From Thermoplasmata archaeon (GTDB taxonomy: Archaea > Thermoplasmatota > Thermoplasmata > Lutacidiplasmatales > UBA184), in assembly GCA_052326305.1 (NCBI GenBank), contig JBKQPJ010000015.1, positions 35,208 through 99,207 on the forward strand: a stretch of DNA of 64,000 nucleotides, read 5' to 3'. The translations under genes and the position numbers were made by a program. This document shows positions 17,194 through 26,507 of the stretch, one piece after another. How positions within the stretch are numbered: position 1 is the stretch's first letter; each line of letters starts with the position of its first letter. The notes beneath the pieces were generated by a model. That model did not search any database and was not told the origin of the DNA. It worked only from the letters and a program-made list of their open reading frames with translations.

Positions 17194-19968
17194 ATGGCGG
17201 TCGGACGACTCGTCGGGCGGGCGGCCCTCGTTTGCTTGGTGGTCGGGGCGCTGATGTCGGTCGGCGTCATCGCGCCGTCCTCCCCGGCGCGGACGGACGC
17301 CCCGCCGGTCGTCGCGTTCGCGGGGCCGTGTTCCCATGCGACCGCGCCCGAAGCGCCCTCCGGCGTAGTGACGGTGGAGGGGGGGCCGCTCCCGGCGACG
17401 GCCGCCTCGGGAGTGACCGTCGACTACTCGTACAGCTACGAGCTGCGGCTGGTGAACAACGCGACCGGCGCGGTCCTCGCGGTCAACTGCGATCGGCGCA
17501 CGGTGACCGCGACGACCGACCCCACCGGGGCGTTCGAGCTGCTCGCGCAGATCCCGTCGAACGACTGCGGTTCCGTCCCCCGGTTCTGCACCTACACGAC
17601 CGGGCCCTTCGGGCCGTTCTCCGTCGGCCTGAGCGCCCCGCCGCCCGTCGGCTACGCTTCCTCGGTCTCGGGAGGCCCGAGCACGTTCGCGATATCGGAA
17701 GTGTACGAGCTGGCCGAGGTGCGCGTCTCGCCGGAAGGACCCACCCTTACCGTCGCCCCGGGGGCGCCGACCACGTTCACCGCGGAGGGGTTCATGGCGA
17801 ACGGGTCGGAGACCCCCCTCGAGGCCACCTTCTCCTGGTCGCTGAACGGGAGCGGATGGTCGTTCCCCTCCGCTCCGTCGGGACCCACCGCCACGGTCCT
17901 CGCCGTTCCGGGGGCCGGGGTCGGCGCTCTCGAGGTCGCGGCGACGGCCGGGGTCCCGGGGGCCACCCTCGCCCCGCCGCCGGTCCACCTCACGCTCCTC
18001 CAGCAGTCGACCGCGATCGAGGAGGCGGAGCTCGACCGTACGACCGTCGACGCGAACTCGACGATCGTCGCCCATCTTGTCGCCGTCGGGGCGGCCGGGT
18101 ACCCGTACTCCGCGACCGTCGCCCCCGGGTTGGGGCTTCGGCCGGTGGCCGCGTCGTGCGTCTCGGATCCCTCCGGGGCCGGGACGACGAACGTCAGCTG
18201 CTCGGCGAACCTCACGTACCCCTTCCCGGGGATCGCCCAACCGACCGCCCGGCTCACGAACGGCTATTCGTCGACCACCTGGCAGTACCCGGACGTGACG
18301 ATCGATCCTCCTCCGGTGCTGTCGGCGGAGCCGGGAGCTCCCGTCGGCTACGCCGCGTCCCCGCTGCCGATCGAGCTCGTCGCCGCGACCGGTTCGGGGG
18401 CGCCTCCCTACTCCCGCGCCTGCCTCGAGCTCGCGACCCAGCGGACGAGTTGTGAGATCGCGCCGGGCCCCACGTGGAGGTTCCTTCCCACGTTCCCCGC
18501 GCCCGGCGACTACGTCGCCCTGGGCTGGGCCTTCGATTCGGAGGGCGCCAACGCGTCGACCTCCTTCACCGTCACCGTCGTCCCTCCCCTCGCCGTGGGA
18601 TCGATCGGCGTCGACCCCGGGAACGTGACCGCGGGGACCGCCGTGGCGCTGACCGCCACGATCTCGGGGGGAGACCTTCCCCTGCGGTACTGGTGGAACG
18701 CCTCCGACCTCGGCGGATCGATCGTCGCCGGGACCTCCTACGAGGACGGCGTGATCTCGGTCGACCTCGTCGCGCCCGCGCCGGCCGCGGTGTCGGTATC
18801 GCTCACGGTCATCGACGCGCTCGGGACGTTCGCGGAGGCCGACCGGCTGCTCTCCGTCGGTCCGGAGGCGGCGATCACCCTCGCCGTCATCGACCCACCG
18901 CCGGCCACCACGGTCGTCGCGGGGTCCCCGTTCGATGTGGCGTGGGAGGCGATCGACCGGTCGGGGGCCCCGGTCCGAGGCTTCGGGTCGACGGCCGAGA
19001 TCCTCCTCTCGCTCTCCGGTACGCCGGCGGCCGGCCACGTCAACGCCTCCGGGCTCGGACCGCTTCCCTCGCTCGGGAACGGGTCGTACGGCGTCCCGAC
19101 GACCGGCTGGGTGGGCGGGGTCCTGAACCTTTCCGTCACGGTCACGACCGCGGGGGTCCTCACCGTCGCCCTCACGGGGCCGGGGCTCCCCGGGCCGGCC
19201 AGCTCGTTGGCGGTCGCGATCGCCCCGGACCGCGCCCACCTCCGGCTCCTCGACCCGGTCGTGGCGGTCCGCGGGAGCCGCACGAACTCTACGTTCTGGC
19301 ACGTCATGGATCGCTTCGGCAACCCCGCGACCGGTGCCCTCGTGACCGTCCGGCTCGACTGGGGACCGGCGAGCGAGACCGCCCTCGTCGCCACCGTCCC
19401 GGGGGCGAACGGCACGACGGGCGCGTGGGTGAACTTCTCCGCCCCGGGGCCGGGCGGCGGCCAGCTGACCGTTCTCGATTCCTCCGGCGAGGCGCTCCTC
19501 GGGCCGCTCGAGATACCCCCGGCCGCCGCTCCCTCCTCGGTCAGTGCGGCGACCGTGACGCTCGCCGCTGCCGTGCCCCTCGGCGCGATCGGGGCGGCGT
19601 GGGCCGGCCTCGTGCGACGCCGCTCCCGGCTGCGCTCCCACCCCCCGGGCGACGAGGCGGAGCTCCGGCGCCTGGCCGAGGGACGCGCCCAGGCCGTCGA
19701 GATCGTGCGACGGGCCGGGACGGCCGACCTCGCCGAGATCGAGGCGGCCTGGCGACCCCCGCCCGCCCCGACGGACCTACCCGAATGGATCGCCTCGCTC
19801 GTGACCGACGGAACCTTCGGTGCGACGCTCGGGAACGACGGCCACGCCCGGTTCTGCCTGGCGGCCGGGCCCCGCCCCGATCCCCAGGTGACGGTCGATC
19901 CCGAGGAACTCGACCGGGCCCTGCACCGCCGGGACGAGGTCCTCGGCGACGAAGGCCCCGGGCCCTAG
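17194..19968 (+). CDS. Large secreted, membrane-anchored surface protein with PKD/Ig-like repeats and cytoplasmic C-terminal domain
   Basis: Signal peptide; T/S/V/P/G-rich beta repeats, many N-x-S/T sequons; C-terminal TM (VTLAAAVPLGAIGAAWAGLV) followed by RRRSR. Confidence 0.75.
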   Translation: MAVGRLVGRAALVCLVVGALMSVGVIAPSSPARTDAPPVVAFAGPCSHATAPEAPSGVVTVEGGPLPATAASGVTVDYSYSYELRLVNNATGAVLAVNCDRRTVTATTDPTGAFELLAQIPSNDCGSVPRFCTYTTGPFGPFSVGLSAPPPVGYASSVSGGPSTFAISEVYELAEVRVSPEGPTLTVAPGAPTTFTAEGFMANGSETPLEATFSWSLNGSGWSFPSAPSGPTATVLAVPGAGVGALEVAATAGVPGATLAPPPVHLTLLQQSTAIEEAELDRTTVDANSTIVAHLVAVGAAGYPYSATVAPGLGLRPVAASCVSDPSGAGTTNVSCSANLTYPFPGIAQPTARLTNGYSSTTWQYPDVTIDPPPVLSAEPGAPVGYAASPLPIELVAATGSGAPPYSRACLELATQRTSCEIAPGPTWRFLPTFPAPGDYVALGWAFDSEGANASTSFTVTVVPPLAVGSIGVDPGNVTAGTAVALTATISGGDLPLRYWWNASDLGGSIVAGTSYEDGVISVDLVAPAPAAVSVSLTVIDALGTFAEADRLLSVGPEAAITLAVIDPPPATTVVAGSPFDVAWEAIDRSGAPVRGFGSTAEILLSLSGTPAAGHVNASGLGPLPSLGNGSYGVPTTGWVGGVLNLSVTVTTAGVLTVALTGPGLPGPASSLAVAIAPDRAHLRLLDPVVAVRGSRTNSTFWHVMDRFGNPATGALVTVRLDWGPASETALVATVPGANGTTGAWVNFSAPGPGGGQLTVLDSSGEALLGPLEIPPAAAPSSVSAATVTLAAAVPLGAIGAAWAGLVRRRSRLRSHPPGDEAELRRLAEGRAQAVEIVRRAGTADLAEIEAAWRPPPAPTDLPEWIASLVTDGTFGATLGNDGHARFCLAAGPRPDPQVTVDPEELDRALHRRDEVLGDEGPGP

Positions 19969-21317
19969 GACGGCTCCCGGCCGACGAGGTCGTAGAACCG
20001 GTACGCCGCCTCGCCCGCGGCGAAGCAGTACTTTAGGGTCGTGAAACCGCGCTTGAGCTCCGCCGCCCCCGCGGCGACCTCTGCCGGGGGGCGGCCGCGG
20101 TGCAAAAGGTCGTCGAGCAACCCGGCGATCCGCTCCATCTCCCGCGGGCCCATGCCGAGCCGGGTCACCTCCGGCGTGCCGAGCCGGATCCCCCCCGGCT
20201 GCTTCGGGCTGCGGTCCCCGGGCAGCAGGTTCTTGTTCGAGATGATCCCGACGCCCGCGAGCCGGCGAGCGACCTCCGCCCCGCCGCCCTCGCGTTCTAC
20301 CCGGACCGCGAGCGTGTGGGAGCGGGTGAACCCTAGGTCGGCGGCGAGCACGTCGAACCCCCGGGCGTGGAGGGCCCCCGCGAGGGCCTGCGCGTTCTCC
20401 ACCGTGCGGTGGGCGTACTCCCGCCCGAACTCGAGGTGCTCGGCGAGGCTCACGGCGAGCGCCGCCATCGCGTTCAGGTGGTGGTTGCTCGTGACCCCGG
20501 GGAACGCCCCGGACTGGAGCCGTTGGGCGACCTCGGGAGGGAGCCCCTCGCCGAGGAGGATCCCGTGCTGCGGGCCGGGGAGGGTCTTGTGGGTCGAGGC
20601 GCTGATCACGGAGCACCCCTCGCGCAGCGGGTCCTGGAACTCGCCGCCCGCGATCAGGCCGAGGACGTGCGCGCCGTCATACCAGCCCCGCGCTCCGATC
20701 TCCTCGAGCGTCGGGCGCAGCTCGTCGATCGGCATCGGGAACAGGAACAGCGATAGCCCGAAGAGGCACGTCTTGGGGCGCACGGCCCGGAGGATCTCCC
20801 GGGTGCGGGGCACGTCGATCGTCATCCGCGATTCGTCCCAGGCGTAGTAGACCGGTTTCACCCCGCGCAGCCCGAACGCCCCGAACGCGGCGCTCGAGAT
20901 GTGCGCCCCGTCGGCGAGGCGGCTCGTTCCCACGAGGTCCCCGGGCTCGGCGAGCGCCTTCAGGACCGCGAGGTTCGCGACGGTCCCGGACGTCGGACGC
21001 ACGTCGGCGAACGAGCACCGGAACAGCCGGCGGGCGAGCTCCAGGCAGAGGATCTCGACCTCGTCGACCTGCTCGTTCCCTTCGTAGTACCGCTCCCCCG
21101 GCAATCCCTCGGCGTACCGGGAGTGGAGGTCGGAGATCAGGAGCTCCTTCGCGTACGGAGAGAGGAGGTTCTCGCTCGCGATCAGCGGGATCGCCCGCTC
21201 GAAGCGCTCGGTATGCCTTCGGACCGTCGCCCGGATCCGGGCCACGGTCTGGGCCATCTCGCCCGGCGCCGGTGGGGAGACCCCCACCCCCCCACTGCCA
21301 CTGGAACCCGGAGTCAT
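19965..21317 (-). CDS. glyA: Serine hydroxymethyltransferase
   Basis: LIASEN, YAEG..RYYEG, DGAHVLGLIAG, STHKTLPGPQ, NKNLLP, GIRLGTPE; start 21317 or 21257. Confidence 0.93.
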   Translation of the reverse strand: MTPGSSGSGGVGVSPPAPGEMAQTVARIRATVRRHTERFERAIPLIASENLLSPYAKELLISDLHSRYAEGLPGERYYEGNEQVDEVEILCLELARRLFRCSFADVRPTSGTVANLAVLKALAEPGDLVGTSRLADGAHISSAAFGAFGLRGVKPVYYAWDESRMTIDVPRTREILRAVRPKTCLFGLSLFLFPMPIDELRPTLEEIGARGWYDGAHVLGLIAGGEFQDPLREGCSVISASTHKTLPGPQHGILLGEGLPPEVAQRLQSGAFPGVTSNHHLNAMAALAVSLAEHLEFGREYAHRTVENAQALAGALHARGFDVLAADLGFTRSHTLAVRVEREGGGAEVARRLAGVGIISNKNLLPGDRSPKQPGGIRLGTPEVTRLGMGPREMERIAGLLDDLLHRGRPPAEVAAGAAELKRGFTTLKYCFAAGEAAYRFYDLVGREPS

Positions 21318-21403
21318 CGAGGTCCTGCCGGACGGGCCACGCCGTCCGGCGGTTCCGCACCCGCTCGAGCCCATATATGGACCCCGGGTCTCCCGACCCG
21401 GAC

Positions 21404-21862
21404 ATGGAGGAGCCGCCACCGGACCCGGTCCCATGGCGGGTCCGGCGCCGGTTCTACGTCCCGTACCACGACATCGACGTGCTAGGCCATCTCAACCACG
21501 TCGCGTACTTTCCGATGATGGAGACGCTCCGGTGCGACTACTACCTGCCGATGCTCGGTACCCCGGGACCGGCATCGCTCGACATCATCGTCGCCGAAGC
21601 GACGTGCCGGTACCTCGCACCGGTCGCCTACGGGGCCGAACTGCTCGGCGAGGTCGCCCCCGCCCGACCGATCGGCCGGACGAGCTTCGTCCTCCTCTAC
21701 CGGTTCCGGGACGTCGCCACCGGGACCCTCACAGCTCGGGGCCGGACCGTGATCGTCACCTATGACTACCCTGCCAAGGCGAAGGCCCCCATTCCCCCGG
21801 ACCGACGGGAACATATGGTCCGCGATGCGGTCGATCCGCGGCACGAAGGTTGGCCGTCCTAG
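21404..21862 (+). CDS. Acyl-CoA thioesterase (hot-dog, YbgC/FadM-like)
   Basis: DIDVLGHLNHVAYF..ME, IGRTSF; divergent from glyA around ATATAT. Confidence 0.85.
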   Translation: MEEPPPDPVPWRVRRRFYVPYHDIDVLGHLNHVAYFPMMETLRCDYYLPMLGTPGPASLDIIVAEATCRYLAPVAYGAELLGEVAPARPIGRTSFVLLYRFRDVATGTLTARGRTVIVTYDYPAKAKAPIPPDRREHMVRDAVDPRHEGWPS

Positions 21863-21934
21863 GCTCCACTGGAAATGGAGGGGTGGGGGTCGGGCGGAGG
21901 GCCGCCGCGGGACCGGGCCTCGGCCCGGCGGCGT

Positions 21935-22245
21935 GCTAGGCCAGCAGGATTGCCGTCCGGACGGACCGCGCGGAACCCTCGCAGGCTCCTCAGCCCCGTT
22001 GCCCCGCCAGCGTCGACGGGTCACGGTAAGGCTGCTCCCGTCAGGACCTGACCCGATGCCCGTGATGGATACCCGCTAGGGCGCTCCTCCGAGCGCTCGT
22101 CGCGGAGCCCGCGGCCCGGCGGAACAGGACGTCTACGAAGCCACGCGAGGCGCGTGATTCGTCCGGACGTCGCTCCTGCCTGTCACCCCCGCTAAGGACG
22201 GTTTCGGTGTGTAAGGGGACGCCCAACCCCCCGGTCTAGCCTAGC
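21935..22245 (-). ncRNA. ffs: Archaeal signal recognition particle (7S) RNA
   Basis: Minus strand begins GCTAGGCTAGACCGGGGGGTTGGGCGTCCCC (Alu-like); helix 8 CAGGTCC-TGAC-GGGAGCAG; terminal helix GCTAGG/CCTAGC; about 311 nt. Confidence 0.9.
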
Positions 22246-22310
22246 GAAGGTACGACGCCCCGGCTCCTACATAGCCCTTGGCGTGCCGGCCCGGACGCCT
22301 CCGGCCCGCC

Positions 22311-24545
22311 CTAGCGGATGTGTTCGAGGCTGAACGAGCCGAGGTTGAAGGAGCGTTTCGTGAACGTGTAGCCGACCCAGCTGCGGGCCTGGGCCTCGCC
22401 GATCCCGCGCACCGAAAGGAACGTCTTCATCTGCTCGACCTTGAGGTTCAGCGAGCCGTCGACCATGTGCTCGAGGGTCTCCATGTCCGACTCCGAGTGC
22501 ATGCCGCTGTCGAGGATGTAGTACCCGACCGCCGTGTCGAGCTTGCGGCGTCCGATGAACGGCTGCAGGAATCGGAACGTCGACGCCGAGTCCATGTAGG
22601 CCGTGATCGTCGAGACCGATTCGAAGATCAGGCGGTACGTCGAGTGCTTTTCCTTGAGCTCCTCCGCGATCCCGTTGACCGACTGGCCGAGCTGCTCGAG
22701 GACCCCCTTGTCGGTGGAAGAGAGGAGGCGAACGCCGGGGCCCGAGATCGTAGAGCCGACCGACCGGGAGTACAGGTCGACGTACCGGATCATCCCGTTC
22801 TTCTCCGCCTCCGCGTAGGCGGGGTAGAGGGCCACGAGGTCGTCCCGGACCTGGCCGAAGGTCTTGTCCGTCACGACCCAGATCGACGGGATGCCCACGC
22901 GGAGCCCCTCGACGCTGAAGAGGCGCGCGAGCACGTCCTTCCCCGTGTGCGCCGGACCGTTCACCATGACCTGGACCCCCGGGGGGAATCCGCCGAACAG
23001 CAGGTCGTCGAGCCGTCGGACCCCGCTCTTCACCTTGCTCGATTGCGCAGCGGTGACGCTCTCCTCGTGCATCCGGTCCGCCTCGGCCTCCGCCGTCTTT
23101 CCCGAGAGGCGCTCGAGCTCCTGGATCCGCTCCAGCATCTGGCCCTCCCGGGCCTTCAGTTCGGCCTCCTTCTGGGAGAGCTCGTGCCGCAGGTCCTCGA
23201 GCCGCTGGGCCTCGCTGACGGCGACCACCGAACCGCTCGCGTTCAGCCCGCGTCGGATCTCCTCGAGGCGACGGGCCTCGATGTCGAGCGCCTGCCGTCG
23301 GGTCTGGAGCTGCTGGTCGTAGGCGGCGAGCTCCCGCTCCTTGAACTCGATCGGGCCCCGGCGCCGTTCGACCTCCTCGGCGCTGATCCGGATCTCCTCG
23401 AACTTGGCCCGCAGCTCGTTCTCCCGGCCGACGAGGTCGCGCTGGCGCTGGGCGATCTCCTCGAGGCGTTTGGCCGTCTCGGCATCGATCTGCCCGGCGC
23501 GCGAACTGACCATCGATTCGCGTTCCTTGGCCTGCTCGGTCTCGCCGACGAGGCGTCGGACGTCCCCTTCGAGCTGGACGACCCGGCGGCGCAGCTCCGT
23601 CTCCCGCTCGATGTACTCGTGCTCCCGGTCGGCGAACTCCTCGCGAAGGCGGGTGTCGCCCTCCCCCGGCCGGGCCGCCGGGGCGGCGGGCCCCGGGGGG
23701 GCCCCGGCCCCGTCGATCCCGGGGGCCGGGCGGGGCGTCGTCTCGCCCAGGGCGGAGAGGCGGAGCCGGAGCTCCTCGAGCTCCTTTTCCTTCTCGCGGA
23801 CGGCCGTCTCGCGCTCCTTGGCCTCGCGCGAACGAACGTACTTGATCACGGCGATCGAGCCCCGCTTGACGTGCTCGACCTGGTCCTCGAGCGTCTTGCG
23901 CCGGGTGCGCTCGTCGTAGAGCTGGCGCTGGAGGTCCTGGACCTCCTGGATCATCGCGGCCGGATCGAACTGGTCCGACTTCACCCGGTCGAGCAGCCCG
24001 GTGAGCCAGCGGACGACCGTCTCCTCCCGGTCGCTCACCGCCGGGCCGGCGGCGATCTCCGCGCCGGACCGGTGCCCTCCGTCCTCCGACCGGGCGGACG
24101 ACGGTCGCACCGGGGCGGCGATCCCCCCGCCGGCCCCTTCGGAGGACTGGATCCAGTCCTCCATCGCCCGATCGTCGCCGCCGACCCACTTGCGGAGGAC
24201 GTCGGCCGAGTCCTTCGGGGCGGAGGCGACCTTCCGACGACGGGGTCGGTCCGTCTGCCGCACCATGCCGGCCCACCGCTCGACGAGCTGTTCGCTCTGG
24301 GCGGCCGCCGTGGGGTCGGAACCGCCGGCGGGCGGGGCGGCGTGGATCGCGGAGCGTTCCTGGACGTCCGCGCCGAGGCGTTCGAGATCCTCGACCGAGA
24401 GGCCGCGGACCGCCTCCGGGGTCGGGAAACCGGCCTCGACGAAGCGCCGGGCGGTCTCCGGACGGATCCCGAGCGACCGGGCGAGCTCCTGCTCCGGCGA
24501 CGACGGACCGGGCGCGGCAGGCACGATCTCCGTCGAGCCGTCCAT
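22311..24545 (-). CDS. KaiC/RAD55-like ATPase domain protein with N-terminal HhH and long coiled coil
   Basis: SLGIRPETARRFVEAGF, long E/R-rich heptads, SGVRRLDDLLFGG, GPAHTGKD, RLIFESVS, LEHMVDG; start uncertain (24545 or 24581). Confidence 0.75.
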   Translation of the reverse strand: MDGSTEIVPAAPGPSSPEQELARSLGIRPETARRFVEAGFPTPEAVRGLSVEDLERLGADVQERSAIHAAPPAGGSDPTAAAQSEQLVERWAGMVRQTDRPRRRKVASAPKDSADVLRKWVGGDDRAMEDWIQSSEGAGGGIAAPVRPSSARSEDGGHRSGAEIAAGPAVSDREETVVRWLTGLLDRVKSDQFDPAAMIQEVQDLQRQLYDERTRRKTLEDQVEHVKRGSIAVIKYVRSREAKERETAVREKEKELEELRLRLSALGETTPRPAPGIDGAGAPPGPAAPAARPGEGDTRLREEFADREHEYIERETELRRRVVQLEGDVRRLVGETEQAKERESMVSSRAGQIDAETAKRLEEIAQRQRDLVGRENELRAKFEEIRISAEEVERRRGPIEFKERELAAYDQQLQTRRQALDIEARRLEEIRRGLNASGSVVAVSEAQRLEDLRHELSQKEAELKAREGQMLERIQELERLSGKTAEAEADRMHEESVTAAQSSKVKSGVRRLDDLLFGGFPPGVQVMVNGPAHTGKDVLARLFSVEGLRVGIPSIWVVTDKTFGQVRDDLVALYPAYAEAEKNGMIRYVDLYSRSVGSTISGPGVRLLSSTDKGVLEQLGQSVNGIAEELKEKHSTYRLIFESVSTITAYMDSASTFRFLQPFIGRRKLDTAVGYYILDSGMHSESDMETLEHMVDGSLNLKVEQMKTFLSVRGIGEAQARSWVGYTFTKRSFNLGSFSLEHIR

Positions 24546-24666
24546 GGGTCCCGGACCCGTCCTAGCGCTACGTAAGGTCATAATATGTCCCTCGGACGGT
24601 CGCCGGAACGGGCGCCGGCGCCGGCGGTACGTTACGGGATAAATACCGGCCGGCCTCAGGCTAACC

Positions 24667-25737
24667 GTGGACATCGACGAGCGCGTCGACCGGGTCGTTC
24701 GCTACACCGTCGAGGTGCTGACGCCCGACGAGGTCCGCGCGCTCTTCGAGCGGACCGACCGTCCGAGGGCGTACATCGGGTTCGAGCCGTCCGGCGCACT
24801 CACCGTCGCCCACCTGATCACCGCCCGGAAGATCCGCGACCTCGCCGAGGCCGGATGTGACGTCACCATCCTCCTCGCCGACTGGCACGCCTGGATCAAC
24901 GACAAGCTCGGAGGAAGCCTCGAGCGAATCGACGCGGCGGGTCGGTACATGCAGGCGACCTTCGAGGCGCTCGGAGCCGACCCGGGGCGCGTCCGGTTCC
25001 GGTGGGCCCACGAGCTCTCCGGCGATTCCGACTACTGGGCCCGGGTCGTGCGCGTGGCGAAAGCGACCACGCTCGCCCGCACGAAGCGGGCGATGTCGAT
25101 CATGGGTCGGTCCGAGGAGGAGTCGAACCTCGACACGTCGAAGCTCTTCTATCCGGCCATGCAGGCCGCCGACATCTTCGAGCTCCCCGTCGACCTCGCC
25201 TACGGAGGGATCGACCAGCGACGCGCGCACGTCCTCGCGCGGGAGGTCGCGCACCATTACTCCTGGCCGGTGCCGGCCGCCGTGCACACGCCCCTCCTCT
25301 CGTCGTTGAAGGGCGGTGCCCGGATGGACCCGGTCGAGGGGCTCATCGAAGGAAAGATGTCGAAGTCCGACCCGGGCACGGGGATCCCGATCCCGGCCGA
25401 GCGGTCCGAGATCGCATCGCGGATCGCCTCGGCGTTCTGCGAGGCGAAGACGGTCGAGGGGAACCCGATCGTCGAGGTCGTCCGGTACATCGTCTTCCCG
25501 TGGGAGGGGCGCCTCGCGATCGAGCGCGCCGAGAAGCACGGCGGTCCGGTGGCGTTCGAATCGGTCGACGAATTCCTCTCGGCGTGGCGGGACGGAAAGC
25601 TCCACCCGCAGGATCTCAAGTTGGCCGTCACGGCGGCGCTCGACCGGCTGGTCGAGCCGGCGCGACGGCATTTCCGGGCCCATCCCGATCTCTCGCCCGC
25701 TTCGTTCGCCCCGCGCCCGGAGGCGCGGGCCGGCTGA
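24667..25737 (+). CDS. tyrS: Tyrosine--tRNA ligase (archaeal type)
   Basis: AYIGFEPSG, ADWHAWINDK, YPAMQAAD, GGIDQR, KMSKS, LHPQDLK. Confidence 0.93.
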   Translation: MDIDERVDRVVRYTVEVLTPDEVRALFERTDRPRAYIGFEPSGALTVAHLITARKIRDLAEAGCDVTILLADWHAWINDKLGGSLERIDAAGRYMQATFEALGADPGRVRFRWAHELSGDSDYWARVVRVAKATTLARTKRAMSIMGRSEEESNLDTSKLFYPAMQAADIFELPVDLAYGGIDQRRAHVLAREVAHHYSWPVPAAVHTPLLSSLKGGARMDPVEGLIEGKMSKSDPGTGIPIPAERSEIASRIASAFCEAKTVEGNPIVEVVRYIVFPWEGRLAIERAEKHGGPVAFESVDEFLSAWRDGKLHPQDLKLAVTAALDRLVEPARRHFRAHPDLSPASFAPRPEARAG

Positions 25738-25747
25738 GGACCGATCG

Positions 25748-26455
25748 ATGGCCGCCGGCGAACCCGACCTCTACGCGGCCGAGGGCCCGGTGGGCGTCGT
25801 CGTCATCCATGAGGTGTTCGGGCGAGACGAGTACGTCGGCTCGGTCGGGCGCGCGCTCGCCACCGCCGGCTTCGCCGCCGCGACGGTCGACCTGTACCAC
25901 GGGCGCCACGCCGGGACCCTCGACGAGGCGCTCGCCCTCCGCGGGGCCCTCGACGAAGGCACGGTCCTCTCCCAGCTCGACGCCGCGGGGGCGGCCCTGC
26001 GCTCGATGCCGCGGCCACCGACGCGCGTCGGCCTCCTCGGGTTCTGCATGGGCGGCGGGTTCGCGCTGCTCGGGGCGTGCCGGCGGCCGTTCGACTTCGC
26101 CGTCGACTACTACGGGCGGATCGACCGGGCGGAGGAGATCGACGGGGCCGTGGGGCCCGTCCTCCTGCTCCTCGCCTCCGAGGACGAGCGCGTCACGCCG
26201 TGGGCGTTCTCGGAGCTCCTTCCGGCGGCACGGAAGTCGAAGAAGCGGGTCACGGTCGAACTGTACCCCGGGGTCCGGCATGCTTTCCACCGACCGGGCT
26301 GGGAGGGGCACGATCCCTCGGCGGCGCGGGATGCGTGGAGCCGCACCCTGGGTTTCCTGCGGGAGCAGCAGCCCGGCGGCGGGAGCGGCCGTTCCGGACG
26401 CGACGGCCCGCGCCGCTCGGCGCGCCAGAGCGTGCGGCACGGGCATCGTAGTTAA
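25748..26455 (+). CDS. Dienelactone hydrolase family protein (last codons and stop supplied by the transposon left end)
   Basis: VVVIHEVFG, GFCMGG, DYYG, YPGVRHAF. Confidence 0.88.
   Translation: MAAGEPDLYAAEGPVGVVVIHEVFGRDEYVGSVGRALATAGFAAATVDLYHGRHAGTLDEALALRGALDEGTVLSQLDAAGAALRSMPRPPTRVGLLGFCMGGGFALLGACRRPFDFAVDYYGRIDRAEEIDGAVGPVLLLLASEDERVTPWAFSELLPAARKSKKRVTVELYPGVRHAFHRPGWEGHDPSAARDAWSRTLGFLREQQPGGGSGRSGRDGPRRSARQSVRHGHRS
26433..26441 (+). repeat. Left 9-bp target site duplication TGCGGCACG
   Basis: Identical to 39605-39613; directly abuts left terminal inverted repeat. Confidence 0.85.
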
Positions 26456-26507
26456 ATCCTCCCTGGACGGGCCATTCTCCTACTGCCCTGCCGATTCCCC
26501 TACAAGC
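26442..26507. repeat. Left terminal inverted repeat (26442-26461) plus subterminal repeats ATTCTCCTACTGCC (26474-26487) and ATTCCCCTACAAGC (26494-26507)
   Basis: Direct sequence comparison with right end. Confidence 0.8.

Noticed and set aside
21285..21320. Cobalamin riboswitch-like GCCACTGG
   Set aside because: Lacks the accompanying GGGAAG and other core elements and lies within the glyA N-terminal coding region.
24780..24815. Non-canonical TyrRS HIGH motif (TVAH)
   Set aside because: Judged within normal variation for class I synthetases; all other motifs are intact.
26429..26457. attL/attR of an integrase-type island (imperfect direct repeat of about 27 bp with 39601-39626)
   Set aside because: No tyrosine or serine recombinase and no tRNA target; better explained as a 9-bp TSD plus IS903-like inverted ends.
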